From positions 1-36,830 of IMG/VR virus record IMGVR_UViG_3300023235_000063: 36,830 nt of DNA; one strand, 5' to 3'. The position numbers were made by a program, and so were the translations under genes. The DNA comes from a virus (lineage: Duplodnaviria; Caudoviricetes). Positions 9,367-19,245 of the stretch are shown here, one piece after another (position 1 is the first letter of the stretch; every line of letters begins with the position of its first letter). The notes under the pieces are model-generated. The model was not told the DNA's origin, ran no database searches, and saw only the letters and a list, made by a program, of their open reading frames with translations.

Positions 9367-10893
9367 TTAAAACTGAACAACTAATTTGAATGTTTCGGTT
9401 TGAGCAGAGCTCCTAGAAGTGGGAGTTTTATGCTCAGAGTAAATAATATCACCGAAATTCGCCTTAAGACTACCACTATTTATAGCAGTAATGACGGCAT
9501 TCGCTCCACTAGTATTAGCAATGATTGACTCAGTTGAACTAAATGCAAGATCTACATCCACAACATCTAATATTCCACGCGTATTTGCAGAATTTGTATT
9601 TGCAAATTTAACTACTCGAGCTGTTGCACTGCTATTCACGCCAGTGATAAGATCGTCTTCAACAAAAGCAGACTTCACAGAACTCACTGTGAGTTGAGTA
9701 GATTGTCTGTAACTAGAACCATTAGCTGAAGATCCATTTGCTAAATTTGGATTAACTAACAAACCAAATGTTCTAAACTGGTTTGTTGTTGGCAAAGTAT
9801 TAGACTCAGAACCAGCAAGAGAAACACTGATGATTACGTTGTGTCCAGAAAGTTCGTCGAGCGGATCAGAGCCGTGTCCACCCATTGGAGCAATGCATGG
9901 CATTGCTGTTGCTCCAGTGCCATTGTTTGCAGTAATTGATACGTTTGCAATTGAATATCCAGTGCCTGGAGTAATAACGTTGACGAACGTAACATTTCCT
10001 GAAACAACATTTGCATAAGCAAGACAACCAGCGCCATTACCCCGCACAATAACTCTTGGTCCAACATAATACTGAGTAGAAGTATTTGGAGTTGTTGTAA
10101 AAGCTGAGTTCAAAGTAGCTTTACGACTGCCACCAACATAGTCTACAATCGTACGAAGCTGTCCAGATCCAAGTCCAGATCTTAAAAACATAGTGCTTCC
10201 AACATAAGAATCTGATGTAGAATTAGCAGTGTTAGCCATTGTAACATTTGCGCCGTTAACAGCAGCAACTACGCCATTTGTCGACAAATAACTAGAACCA
10301 GGAACACGAACGTCTATAACATCAATAGCTCCATTTACTGCTGCAGACTGAACAGACCATTGAGAAGATCCGTCATCCGCAGTAAGAGTCTTAACTGGAA
10401 TGAATCCCGCTGTAACAAACTTATTGTAGTCTGCGCCAGAAATATAATACATGAACTTCCACTTATAACCATCAGCTAGAGTAATTGTAGATGTAGAAGT
10501 TCCTGATGGTTCAACAGTAGAGTTCGCGCCTTTGTTATTGAATAGACACTTATATACGTTGTTAGCCGAAGATACAATAATATGATTATTTGAATAGACT
10601 TTTTGGCTTGTTCCGTTATACTCATCATATAACGTATTGTTAGCCCAGTTAGTTCTTGGAGCTCCAAAAGTTACGTCAGTAACAGAGACCTTTTTAGCTC
10701 CCATCATACTGCGCCAATAACTATACTCTGTAGTCTCTGGAGTATCTATTGGAGTTGTTGGAGCAGAATCATTAGCCCATGGAGTAGGGTGTCCAATGAA
10801 CAAATACATCCTATCCGCAGAAACTTCACTGAATGATTCATGAAGTTGTTTTGCGTTGTGAGTTCTGAACTTTCTAGTAACAATGCCCGACAT
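9367..10893 (-). CDS. gp8: Baseplate wedge subunit gp8-like
   Basis: YLFIG...W, NVYKCLFN, DGYKWKFMY, GGHGSDP and QTETFKLVVQF motifs; gene order 6-7-8. Confidence 0.85.
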   Translation of the reverse strand: MSGIVTRKFRTHNAKQLHESFSEVSADRMYLFIGHPTPWANDSAPTTPIDTPETTEYSYWRSMMGAKKVSVTDVTFGAPRTNWANNTLYDEYNGTSQKVYSNNHIIVSSANNVYKCLFNNKGANSTVEPSGTSTSTITLADGYKWKFMYYISGADYNKFVTAGFIPVKTLTADDGSSQWSVQSAAVNGAIDVIDVRVPGSSYLSTNGVVAAVNGANVTMANTANSTSDSYVGSTMFLRSGLGSGQLRTIVDYVGGSRKATLNSAFTTTPNTSTQYYVGPRVIVRGNGAGCLAYANVVSGNVTFVNVITPGTGYSIANVSITANNGTGATAMPCIAPMGGHGSDPLDELSGHNVIISVSLAGSESNTLPTTNQFRTFGLLVNPNLANGSSANGSSYRQSTQLTVSSVKSAFVEDDLITGVNSSATARVVKFANTNSANTRGILDVVDVDLAFSSTESIIANTSGANAVITAINSGSLKANFGDIIYSEHKTPTSRSSAQTETFKLVVQF

Positions 10894-10906
10894 GGTGTTC
10901 TCCTAT

Positions 10907-12499
10907 TTAGGCCGTAGTCAGAGTAGTAACTGCCATCGTAACTGTGTTAGGTGCAAGTGTAGAAGTAGTTACTACTTCACCAAACATCTTAGTACCAGCA
11001 GGATGTACTGACTTTTTAACTATGCTTGCATAGCTTTTAAGTGATTCCATCGCTTTAATGACATATGAAAACTCTTGATAATAAAGATTGTCTTGTAGTT
11101 TATGATCCCAGCTTAAGAAACCGAGAGTGCCGTCATATCGACCAGGATACTCAACGACACCAGTAACACTGACTGATCCATTAGCGTCAAAAGCAGTTCT
11201 TGTTTGGTTAGCAATATCTACTAATTCATATTGGCTGTAATTCTGACCTCTAATGTTAATAGTTAGAGATAAAATAGAACCAAGAGCATTATTAGCAACT
11301 ACGACAGCGTTATTTCCTTTGAAGCCTCCGCCCGGCGCAACAAGCTCAAGTTGACTGATTTCGTTATCTTGAACTTGAACAGTGGGGATTGAGGTATAGC
11401 CATAACCAGGATCAATAGTCGAAATGGTGTTGATTGTTCCAACAACAACATTTGAAAATGCTAGAGCTGAACCTAAAGTTACAGACACATTAGCAATAGC
11501 AAGATTTGCACTAACTGTAGCAGTGTTTGCTCCAGAAGAAATAAAGTAAGGGTAAGTGTTGATTACACAGTCTTTAACTGCGCTAATTTGATCTTGATTG
11601 ATAGAAATCTGTTCAGTATTAGAAAGAGAAGCAATATTAAAATTGCCGCCAATACCAACACTAGTAATTGTTACTGTTGAGTTAGCTCTGTATCCATGTC
11701 CACCTTTCACAAGTCGAAAAGTAAGAGCACTAGTATCTGATACTGTAAGAACAGTAGCATTAGCGCCTGAACCGCCACCAGACTGGCCGGTTAGGTTTAC
11801 AGCGTCTCCAGATTGGTGGCCTGAACCGCCGCCAATGATAGTAACAACGTTAATTGGCCCAGAAATATTGAAGATTGTCGCGTTAACGCTATTAGAACTA
11901 TTTCTGATTAGTTCACCATCAACAAATGTTCCAGAAATGTTAGTGATGAATAATTCATCAACAAGAAGCCCGCGTTCTGTAGTGCTGCTTACACGGTCAA
12001 TTCTAGCAGTAGCTCCTGATGTAGCACCGGTGATTTGCTGATTAACCAAACTAGAAATAGTTCCAGTTTTCGGACTAGAAACACGAATACTCTTATCAAG
12101 AATCCATCGCCCATCAGATGCTCGAAGAATATCGTCACCTGGATAATAGAGCTCAATATCTTCATCATAAAGAATTCTGAATAACAATTTGAAAGATTCT
12201 TCAGAGCCGCGAGCTCTGTATAGATCTCTCGCATGCTTAGCTAGAAGTTTTTTATTTGAAAGTGTTGTCTGTGGAATTGCACCAAGAACTTCTTTACCAA
12301 AGTACTGGACGAATGTATCAAGAGTGCTATCAATATCTTGATATTGCGATAAGTTTTTGAAACGCTCAGTAGCTTGACCACTAGTTTCCATCCATTCATA
12401 ATAAGCTTTCATGAATGAAACAAGCTTCGGCCCATTTGACTTTACAAAGCTCGGAAACTGGTTCTCGACTAAAGCCGATATGTTATTGGATGTTGCCAC
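10907..12499 (-). CDS. gp7: Baseplate wedge protein gp7-like (wedge initiator)
   Basis: QFPSFV, FMKAYYEW, LYRARGSEESFKLLFRILY, LQDNLYYQEFSY and VHPAGTKMFG motifs. Confidence 0.75.
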   Translation of the reverse strand: MATSNNISALVENQFPSFVKSNGPKLVSFMKAYYEWMETSGQATERFKNLSQYQDIDSTLDTFVQYFGKEVLGAIPQTTLSNKKLLAKHARDLYRARGSEESFKLLFRILYDEDIELYYPGDDILRASDGRWILDKSIRVSSPKTGTISSLVNQQITGATSGATARIDRVSSTTERGLLVDELFITNISGTFVDGELIRNSSNSVNATIFNISGPINVVTIIGGGSGHQSGDAVNLTGQSGGGSGANATVLTVSDTSALTFRLVKGGHGYRANSTVTITSVGIGGNFNIASLSNTEQISINQDQISAVKDCVINTYPYFISSGANTATVSANLAIANVSVTLGSALAFSNVVVGTINTISTIDPGYGYTSIPTVQVQDNEISQLELVAPGGGFKGNNAVVVANNALGSILSLTINIRGQNYSQYELVDIANQTRTAFDANGSVSVTGVVEYPGRYDGTLGFLSWDHKLQDNLYYQEFSYVIKAMESLKSYASIVKKSVHPAGTKMFGEVVTTSTLAPNTVTMAVTTLTTA

Positions 12500-14367
12500 T
12501 AATATACGATCGTACTTACGCCATCATCATTAGTCGTAGTTACAGTACCAGCAGTTGCTATTGTTATTGCAGGAGAAATTGTTGTTGTCGCTTCATCGTA
12601 CATAGAAACTGTTGCGTCAGAAATAAGAACAATCTGATTTCGCAATGGATAAATGTCATTTCTAATAGGCACTGCATAGACTTTAAGCTCATCTCCAGCA
12701 TACGCTGTAGGAAGAAACGCTGTAAGCGTTATAATTCCGTTATTATAGTCTGCGCTTCCAGCTTCAGAATCAAGATAAACAGTAGAGTTTTCTCCGTCAA
12801 GATAGTAAATTCTTACAATGCCTTCTCCATCATCGTCTAAAAAGCACGTTTGTCCTTGGAAAGTAAATGCTGAAGACGAAATAAAGTGAGAACCCGCATG
12901 TGAAGTGTGGCCCGCCGAAATTGGTTTTCTGATTGGATTATTGTAAACTAACTTATACGTAGTAGCCGTTGTGAGGCTTGGGATAAAACGTTTCTGCATC
13001 TTAATTGAGATAAGATTGCTTGTGACGTAACTGCCAACGTTATCAACAGCTCGAATAAGACCAGAATATCTAAAACGTTCAGTTTCGAATGTTCCAAGAG
13101 TAGTTGTCTCATATGCGTTAACAGCGCTTACAACATCTTGCCAAACTTGAGCTTCGTTTCTAGTAGTAAGATTACTGTTCCAATGAACTTCGATAGTCGG
13201 TGTAACATAGAGATAAGAAGCGTCTACAAACTCAGGATCAATAGAAACAACATTGTACTTTTTAAGTTGGCGCTTAATCGTGTTTTTCTTAGTCTGAGAA
13301 ACGATTGTTCCGATTGTTGGCTTTACAGAAACATAGACTTTACCATAGATTGGAGGATCGTTATCTTCTCCTCCCCAAACGCTCACAGAAGCTATATCAG
13401 AGTTTTCTTTGAGAATCAGTCGCTCATAATCGCTAACAAGCACTGCACGGTTTTGAGCTTCATATGAGCGTGGAGCATTAAATTTAACTGATGAAATTGA
13501 CTCAGCATTTGCTCCGCCTCTAGCACTAGTTACTAGAGTAGAAGTGAATGTCGAATATCCACCAAGAGTAGATGGAGCTGCGAAATTATTCGCGCCGTTT
13601 GGAAGAGTTCCATTACAAACTCTATAACTGATATTTACAACGTTACCATTGATTGGTTTATTTCCAACAACATTGTCACCAAAGTAAACTTCAAACTTTC
13701 CATCAGTAGTTTCTTGAAGGAAATACACATTAGAATTACCGTTCACTGTAGTTATATCATTAGCCAAAGTGTAAGTTGTATTAGAAGTGTCGTTGTTTGA
13801 CGTCTGTACGTAGACTCGAATGCTAGTTGTATCTACGCCTTTGTTTGGAAGCACGTATCTAACTGGGTTAGACGTGTTGACATAAAAGCGATGAGTAAGA
13901 GGTTCGCCTTCTACTGCACTAATAGTTGTGGAAAATGTTCCACCGTTTGAAGTTAGTACGTATGGCTGTGGAGTAACAAACTTGTATGTTACTCCATCAA
14001 GCGTCGCAGTGTAAGTCGTATCTCGAGCAATAGTAACATACGTTGGGTTATCACTAGGCGTGACAGTCACAGAGAAGGTCGCAGTGGCACTACGAGAAGA
14101 AGTTGGAGTATAACCAAGCATTTTCGCTCTAGAAACTACGTTCTCTCTGATTTGTGCAGAATCTAAGAACATCTCGTTGCCGACCATATTGGTCATATAC
14201 GCGTTCAAATAAGTGTTATATGCGAGTAGATCAAGAAGCAAACTTATTGTTGACCCATCAAAATTGTAGTCTACGAATTCGCTATGAGAAGAGAGAAAGC
14301 TCTTCATATTTGAGCGAATTGCATCGAAGTCGAGCCCAGTGAACTCTATGGCGCTGTTAGCCGACAT
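12499..14367 (-). CDS. gp6: Baseplate wedge subunit gp6
   Basis: LDFDAIR, DYNFDGS, LLDLLAYNT, FLDSAQ.R..VVS.AK.LGY.P.S, QNRAV...DY and WGGE motifs. Confidence 0.92.
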   Translation of the reverse strand: MSANSAIEFTGLDFDAIRSNMKSFLSSHSEFVDYNFDGSTISLLLDLLAYNTYLNAYMTNMVGNEMFLDSAQIRENVVSRAKMLGYTPTSSRSATATFSVTVTPSDNPTYVTIARDTTYTATLDGVTYKFVTPQPYVLTSNGGTFSTTISAVEGEPLTHRFYVNTSNPVRYVLPNKGVDTTSIRVYVQTSNNDTSNTTYTLANDITTVNGNSNVYFLQETTDGKFEVYFGDNVVGNKPINGNVVNISYRVCNGTLPNGANNFAAPSTLGGYSTFTSTLVTSARGGANAESISSVKFNAPRSYEAQNRAVLVSDYERLILKENSDIASVSVWGGEDNDPPIYGKVYVSVKPTIGTIVSQTKKNTIKRQLKKYNVVSIDPEFVDASYLYVTPTIEVHWNSNLTTRNEAQVWQDVVSAVNAYETTTLGTFETERFRYSGLIRAVDNVGSYVTSNLISIKMQKRFIPSLTTATTYKLVYNNPIRKPISAGHTSHAGSHFISSSAFTFQGQTCFLDDDGEGIVRIYYLDGENSTVYLDSEAGSADYNNGIITLTAFLPTAYAGDELKVYAVPIRNDIYPLRNQIVLISDATVSMYDEATTTISPAITIATAGTVTTTNDDGVSTIVY

Positions 14368-14369
14368 TT

Positions 14370-14768
14370 TTAGCGGACCCTTTCGAGAATTACAGTAAGC
14401 GTTACCGGTTCGGGACTATTAATAACGCGAAATATTACAGTGACTTCAAGCGAATGACTCTTTTTGTCTTCTAATACCCGAACTTCATCAAGCTGTGCTC
14501 GAGGTTCACTGTTCTTAATTGATTCAACGATTGATTTTCTGATTGAGAAAGTAGTCATTGACGTGAAAAGTTCAAATATCTGATTTGTTACGTTTCCGCC
14601 GAGATAAGGACGATACGGTCTCTCGTAGTAATTAGTCAGAATAATGTTCTTCACTGAGTTTTTGACGGCTTCACCATTCTTTAGCACAGTCAAATTTCCG
14701 GTTACCGGATGAGCGCTAAAGCTCAGCGGGATGTCTTTGTAGACTGTCTCCTTAATTGTGGCCATCAA
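14370..14768 (-). CDS. gp25: Baseplate wedge subunit gp25 (sheath initiator)
   Basis: YKDI.L.F..HP, AVKNSVKNIILT..YERP, EPR; C-terminal LERVR. Confidence 0.9.
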   Translation of the reverse strand: MMATIKETVYKDIPLSFSAHPVTGNLTVLKNGEAVKNSVKNIILTNYYERPYRPYLGGNVTNQIFELFTSMTTFSIRKSIVESIKNSEPRAQLDEVRVLEDKKSHSLEVTVIFRVINSPEPVTLTVILERVR

Positions 14769-14784
14769 TTCTCTCTTTTGAATA

Positions 14785-14792
14785 TATTTATA
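14785..14792 (-). promoter_or_regulatory. T4-type late promoter TATAAATA upstream of gp25
   Basis: Exact gp55 consensus on the minus strand, overlapping the PAAR stop codon. Confidence 0.75.
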
Positions 14793-15066
14793 GCGGGTCG
14801 CCGACGTTAACGTTCGGAGAACCAGATGTAGCAGCTGTATTTGTGTGATCTAATTGATCAATAGCCCCAGCATCTCCAACATTTACTACAGCTTTACCGT
14901 TAATATAGACTCTGCGGGAATTCGCAGTCAAAGCTCCGTCACCGTGACTCTCTAGGTCCCCGTCCACCGACACCAGCTTCCCGTTCGCGTAAACGTGTTC
15001 TTGCCCAGTGACGATAGTCGTCGCTCCACAAGCTCTCGAATCTCCGTTTCTGTGAATTGCTGGCAT
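14788..15066 (-). CDS. gp5.4: PAAR-repeat spike tip protein (gp5.4-like)
   Basis: MPAIHRNGD..CG, VYANGK, VYINGKAV..VGD, GSPNVNVG; directly after gp5. Confidence 0.88.
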   Translation of the reverse strand: MPAIHRNGDSRACGATTIVTGQEHVYANGKLVSVDGDLESHGDGALTANSRRVYINGKAVVNVGDAGAIDQLDHTNTAATSGSPNVNVGDPL

Positions 15067-15914
15067 TAGGAGCTATTGAGGTTGATGTTGCCAGTCGTGT
15101 TAACGGTGAAATCGCCGTTAACTGACCAATTGACGTCATCAGTCGACAAAGTAACGGCCCCCGCTTTGACTGTTGCTGCCCCGTTGACGGTGATATTGCA
15201 CGCTCCATTTACGTATACGTTCTTTCCATTTAGTAGAATTTCATAATCAGTACCAACTACGCGAACGACACGAGTTCCGTCAGCCACGATCTCTTCGAAA
15301 GTTCCGGACTTATGGTACTGATGAAGTCTTTCGGATCCTTCGGTGTCGTCCACTTCACTGATGTGTCCTGACTCAGACTCATAGACATGATTGTAGGGAT
15401 ATTCTGCTGCGTAGCCACTTGCTGGTTCATCCCATGATCCACCAGACGCTGTGGCAACGCTCGTAGTTCTGTTTCTATTCTTTGTTGCTGGATTTGAGTG
15501 TACAAAATCTGCATCTGCTCTAGAAAGCCGATTGACATCTGGTTCTTCCTTTCTTGATGGATAAACTCTATTTGGATCTTTGAATCCAGCGTTAGCTGCG
15601 TATTCTGAAGCAAGTTTGTCTGGAATTCCAGAAAGACTTCCAAGCACGATTGGTTTTTGTGCTTGCTTTCCATCAAGAAAAAATCCAACAACCCAACTAC
15701 CTTCGACTAAACCGGTTGGTGATTGACCAATATCTCCAACTGCTGCGTTCGTTGGAGACTGAATAACTTGAGCCCATGGCAAATCAGTGACAGGAACTTC
15801 ATTTACGTTTTCAGAGTACCACCCAAAAATTCGAACTCTTACGCGTCCAAGCTTAATAGGATCGCTACGGTCTTCTACGACCCCCATCCACATGATTGTA
15901 TTTTCACCAAACAT
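15066..15914 (-). CDS. gp5: Baseplate central spike gp5 (OB-fold plus beta-helix, no lysozyme domain)
   Basis: GVVEDR.DP.KLGRVRVR, LPWA, G.WVVGFF.DG, YPYNHV.ESESGH..E.DDT.G.ER, short beta-helical tail; 282 aa. Confidence 0.9.
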   Translation of the reverse strand: MFGENTIMWMGVVEDRSDPIKLGRVRVRIFGWYSENVNEVPVTDLPWAQVIQSPTNAAVGDIGQSPTGLVEGSWVVGFFLDGKQAQKPIVLGSLSGIPDKLASEYAANAGFKDPNRVYPSRKEEPDVNRLSRADADFVHSNPATKNRNRTTSVATASGGSWDEPASGYAAEYPYNHVYESESGHISEVDDTEGSERLHQYHKSGTFEEIVADGTRVVRVVGTDYEILLNGKNVYVNGACNITVNGAATVKAGAVTLSTDDVNWSVNGDFTVNTTGNINLNSS

Positions 15915-17272
15915 TATTCAATCTCCTTAGGCTCTATAGCGTAAGTGTCTTTTACGCATTGGAGCACAGTGAAGAACCTATTATCACCTCTATTGTAAGT
16001 ATGGCGCATTGCAGTAACTAGAAATCGTGAGTCTTTCTGTCCATAGAATAAGTTTGTCTTACTTAAATGTTCTGAGTCGCTAGAATTTTGCATGATGTTC
16101 AAATTAACTACATCGCCAACATCTAGTTCGGTGTTGCCTGGAACTGTAACATCGATTACCATATTGTTGATTGACGCCATGACCGGCAAACTAAACGGAA
16201 GAGTTTTATGAATCACTCTTGGGTCTTTAATCTGTGGATCTAGATCGCGACCATTAGTAATGTAAGTCAAAAGTGGATATGATTCTCCAATGTTTGATAC
16301 TAGTAAAGTCGATCTTGAACTACCATCGTTCTTTTTGTAGAGTGACTTCTCAGTATACATCTTCCCCTTGCCAAGATGAACTAACTCTTCAAAATCTCGA
16401 TCGTATAAGAAACTCTCTGTAGAAAATTTCTTACGGATTGGGTCGATAACTTCGACATCATTATCTAACATTCCAGCTTTATGCGCAATGACATTATCGA
16501 ATTGAGAAGCGTAGTCAATAGCAACAATAATCTGATAAGGAAAAATTGTTTCGTTGTCTATAGTATGTTGACGATCAAAAAGAGCATGAGAAAAATAGAA
16601 TGAATCTACTGCGGGCTTGTCCATCAAATTCTCAATAGTAACAAACTTCCAGCCTTTAGTAGTCTCAAAAAAGACAAATGAAGCTGATCTATATTTCTTA
16701 GATTGAGCTTCTGAACTAACCATTCGAATAAACTGAAAAGGAGAAACTTTAGGGGCGATTAGTGTATGTCTCCCTTCAGTTGATTCAAAAGATAAGCTCC
16801 TGCCTTCTCGAATATATGAGAATTTTGAAGTTTTTGGTTGGAGATACGTTTTGTAGACGTCAGAAACAATCTCGTCTGCTGCGATATTTGAATAAGATCG
16901 AGACACTGTTGAACGTAAGTCATTGATTAGTTCTTGCGATTGGGCGTGTATAACATACGTGTTAGATCGATCGTTCTGAGATACTCGATCGCTAACCTTA
17001 TAAACAGAAAAGACGTACGTTACGTATTTTGCAACAGTCGGTTCGCTGAATGAGATTATTACTGTTTCGTCGCCGACGATAGGAACTCGCTCTATCAATC
17101 CAATGGCATCATCTACGATGATATCGCATTTGATACCATTCGAGAAAATATCATGATATACATTGAACTCAAGAATGATCTCACGGAGTTCAATATATTT
17201 TCCATTATAATTCACGAGAAGACAAGACTGAAGATCGATATCTCCAGGAATATATGTTGAAGATGCTGTCAT
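15914..17272 (-). CDS. Baseplate hub protein (gp27-like)
   Basis: 452 aa between gp53 and gp5; PIVGDE, FVFFET..G.KF, VPGN..L.VGD motifs typical of contractile-tail hubs. Confidence 0.65.
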   Translation of the reverse strand: MTASSTYIPGDIDLQSCLLVNYNGKYIELREIILEFNVYHDIFSNGIKCDIIVDDAIGLIERVPIVGDETVIISFSEPTVAKYVTYVFSVYKVSDRVSQNDRSNTYVIHAQSQELINDLRSTVSRSYSNIAADEIVSDVYKTYLQPKTSKFSYIREGRSLSFESTEGRHTLIAPKVSPFQFIRMVSSEAQSKKYRSASFVFFETTKGWKFVTIENLMDKPAVDSFYFSHALFDRQHTIDNETIFPYQIIVAIDYASQFDNVIAHKAGMLDNDVEVIDPIRKKFSTESFLYDRDFEELVHLGKGKMYTEKSLYKKNDGSSRSTLLVSNIGESYPLLTYITNGRDLDPQIKDPRVIHKTLPFSLPVMASINNMVIDVTVPGNTELDVGDVVNLNIMQNSSDSEHLSKTNLFYGQKDSRFLVTAMRHTYNRGDNRFFTVLQCVKDTYAIEPKEIE

Positions 17273-17838
17273 TACGAGAAGATTGTTTCAACCTCGCGCA
17301 AGAGCGATGGCACATAGTCTTTCTTAAGAACTTTTATGATTCGTCGTGCGTCGTTTAGTTCTAATTCATATTCGTAAGAATACTTAATTTGTTTCTGTGT
17401 CGCGCTCAATGAACTGTAAGTAGTCAAGTCTACGTCAAGCGTTTTCTGTTTAACGATAGTGCCGTCAGAAAGCACACTATGTTCTCTAATGATGCATTGA
17501 TAAGCGTGGATATCTGCTTGAGCATCGCTTACGCTGCCGTACTTCTTCTTGATGTATTCGTTGAAGCTCTGCTGGTCCATCGGCCAATCAAAATGTGGAT
17601 CAACAGTTAAATTTGACAACCAAATAACCCAGTCAAGAGTTTCGTCATCATAATATTTAGAAGCAATTACATCTGCTCGCTCTCCATCTTCAACATCGTG
17701 CGTATAATAAACCGCGACTTTACTTTGTACGATATCATGAAACTTAAAACGAACAAACGGGTTTTGAATAATCTTTGGAGCGCCTTGGTTCAAGACGTCA
17801 TATCGAATAGTTGGAAAGTTCGCGAAAAAATGCGGCAC
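17272..17838 (-). CDS. gp53: Baseplate wedge subunit gp53 (LysM-like)
   Basis: FF..FP.I.Y, DGERAD.IA..YY, WV...N...DP..DWP, YI..KYG, YEYE...N..RR.IK. Confidence 0.9.
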   Translation of the reverse strand: MPHFFANFPTIRYDVLNQGAPKIIQNPFVRFKFHDIVQSKVAVYYTHDVEDGERADVIASKYYDDETLDWVIWLSNLTVDPHFDWPMDQQSFNEYIKKKYGSVSDAQADIHAYQCIIREHSVLSDGTIVKQKTLDVDLTTYSSLSATQKQIKYSYEYELELNDARRIIKVLKKDYVPSLLREVETIFS

Positions 17839-18755
17839 TAGAAGCTCCTATTCAAACCAGAACTTGGCTCAAAGTTTTTCTTTGTGAGAATAGAAACTTC
17901 TTGGAATGTCATGCTTATTGTCATGCTCACAGGAGCTTTTTCAACATTACCAGCAGCCGATGTTCTAACATCATGGTACATAGGAACGCCCTCACCATGA
18001 TAGTTAATCTCTAAGTTCTTTAAAACAGATGGTCCGATGTTGAACAAGTAGTCTGGATAATGAAAATCAATATCAAACTGTTCTGGATAATCAAAGAAGT
18101 GTCCTTGAGAGTCTTTATATCCAGGCGCCATATGATATCTGAAAGATTGAATTATGCCTTTGATCTGCGCTGACTCAGTTTGATTTCGAGGAACGAATTT
18201 GTATGTGAAGTTGTGCGTTCGAAGGTTAGGACCATCGTACAAAACGCCCATATGAGGATTGATTGCAAGCCCGCCGGCTGCAAGTGCTCCTTTAAGAGCT
18301 TCAGTAACACCGAGACCAGCAACACCACCAGCGGGACCAAGAAGCTTATAAGCAGCAAGAGAACCAATATTCTCTTGAAGAGCTTTTAGTCCATAGTACT
18401 TTGCAGCGCCAACTACATCGCCGCCCGTAAGCGAACTTGCGCGATCAATGAATGAAGAGATAGTGCCGTCAAATCCCTCACCTATCTGAGCTCCAATTAC
18501 TCCACCCGCTCCAACGCCTTCAGTGTTGTAAGCCTGATCGTATTGAGTAGAAAGATTCGCTGGAATAGGAAGAAATATTCGTCTGATCACTTCATCTTTA
18601 GCAAACTCGGTTTTACGGCGAAATTTGTGAGAAGCAACTGAAAAACACACCCAATGGTCAACTTCTTCTAAGTCTCCTGGGAAGAAATTTGTTGGGACTG
18701 AGCCGCCTTTCGACAGAGCGACTTCGAGATCATTTGTGTTTTGTGGTGCGGCCAT
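17838..18755 (-). CDS. gp48: Baseplate tail tube cap gp48-like
   Basis: IFLPIP, INP....LY.GP.LR.H.F.YKF.PRN..E, F.YP..F, MT.S..FQE. Confidence 0.85.
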   Translation of the reverse strand: MAAPQNTNDLEVALSKGGSVPTNFFPGDLEEVDHWVCFSVASHKFRRKTEFAKDEVIRRIFLPIPANLSTQYDQAYNTEGVGAGGVIGAQIGEGFDGTISSFIDRASSLTGGDVVGAAKYYGLKALQENIGSLAAYKLLGPAGGVAGLGVTEALKGALAAGGLAINPHMGVLYDGPNLRTHNFTYKFVPRNQTESAQIKGIIQSFRYHMAPGYKDSQGHFFDYPEQFDIDFHYPDYLFNIGPSVLKNLEINYHGEGVPMYHDVRTSAAGNVEKAPVSMTISMTFQEVSILTKKNFEPSSGLNRSF

Positions 18756-18762
18756 ATAAATA
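18755..18762 (+). promoter_or_regulatory. Late promoter TATAAATA driving the gp4-gp2-gp54 operon
   Basis: Exact consensus, about 33 nt upstream of the gp4 ATG. Confidence 0.8.
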
Positions 18763-18788
18763 GGTTTAGAAAAAAGAAATGTGTGATC

Positions 18789-18796
18789 TATTTATA
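18789..18796 (-). promoter_or_regulatory. Late promoter TATAAATA driving the gp48-gp53 operon
   Basis: TATTTATA on the + strand is the exact consensus on the minus strand, about 33 nt upstream of the gp48 ATG. Confidence 0.8.
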
Positions 18797-19245
18797 TGGC
18801 CAGCCGCGACACTCATAAGGGATACTTTAAACCAAAGAACCCAGCAAAGTACCGAGGCAATAAGAACAGCATCTTTTACAGAAGCTCTTGGGAGCTTAAG
18901 TTCATGAAATGGCTAGATCTGAGCGATAATGTAATAGAATGGTCTTCAGAAGAGCTTGCTATACCATACAAACATCCTGGAGACGGGCAGTATCATCGAT
19001 ACTTTCCAGATTTTATGGCCAAGTTAAGAACAATGAATGGCAATGAAACTTACATCATAGAAATTAAACCATTCAACCAAACGGTTCCACCAAAGCCGCG
19101 AAAGAGAAAAACAAAGGGTTATCTACAAGAAATTATGACTTTTGCAGTAAATGATAGAAAGTTTGAAGCTGCTAGAGCGTATTGTAAAAACCATGGCTAT
19201 CAGTTTGAGATACTCACAGAAAAGAAATTGGCAATAACCGGATAA
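18796..19245 (+). CDS. gp4: Head completion nuclease gp4 (TnsA-like)
   Basis: PKNP.KY.G, YRSSWE.KFM.WLD, WSSEE..IPY, RYFPDF, IEIKP. Confidence 0.92.
   Translation: MASRDTHKGYFKPKNPAKYRGNKNSIFYRSSWELKFMKWLDLSDNVIEWSSEELAIPYKHPGDGQYHRYFPDFMAKLRTMNGNETYIIEIKPFNQTVPPKPRKRKTKGYLQEIMTFAVNDRKFEAARAYCKNHGYQFEILTEKKLAITG

Noticed and set aside
3326-18389. Numerous short antisense or alternate-frame ORFs inside structural genes
   Set aside because: Fully nested in well-supported genes, with no RBS or recognisable motifs
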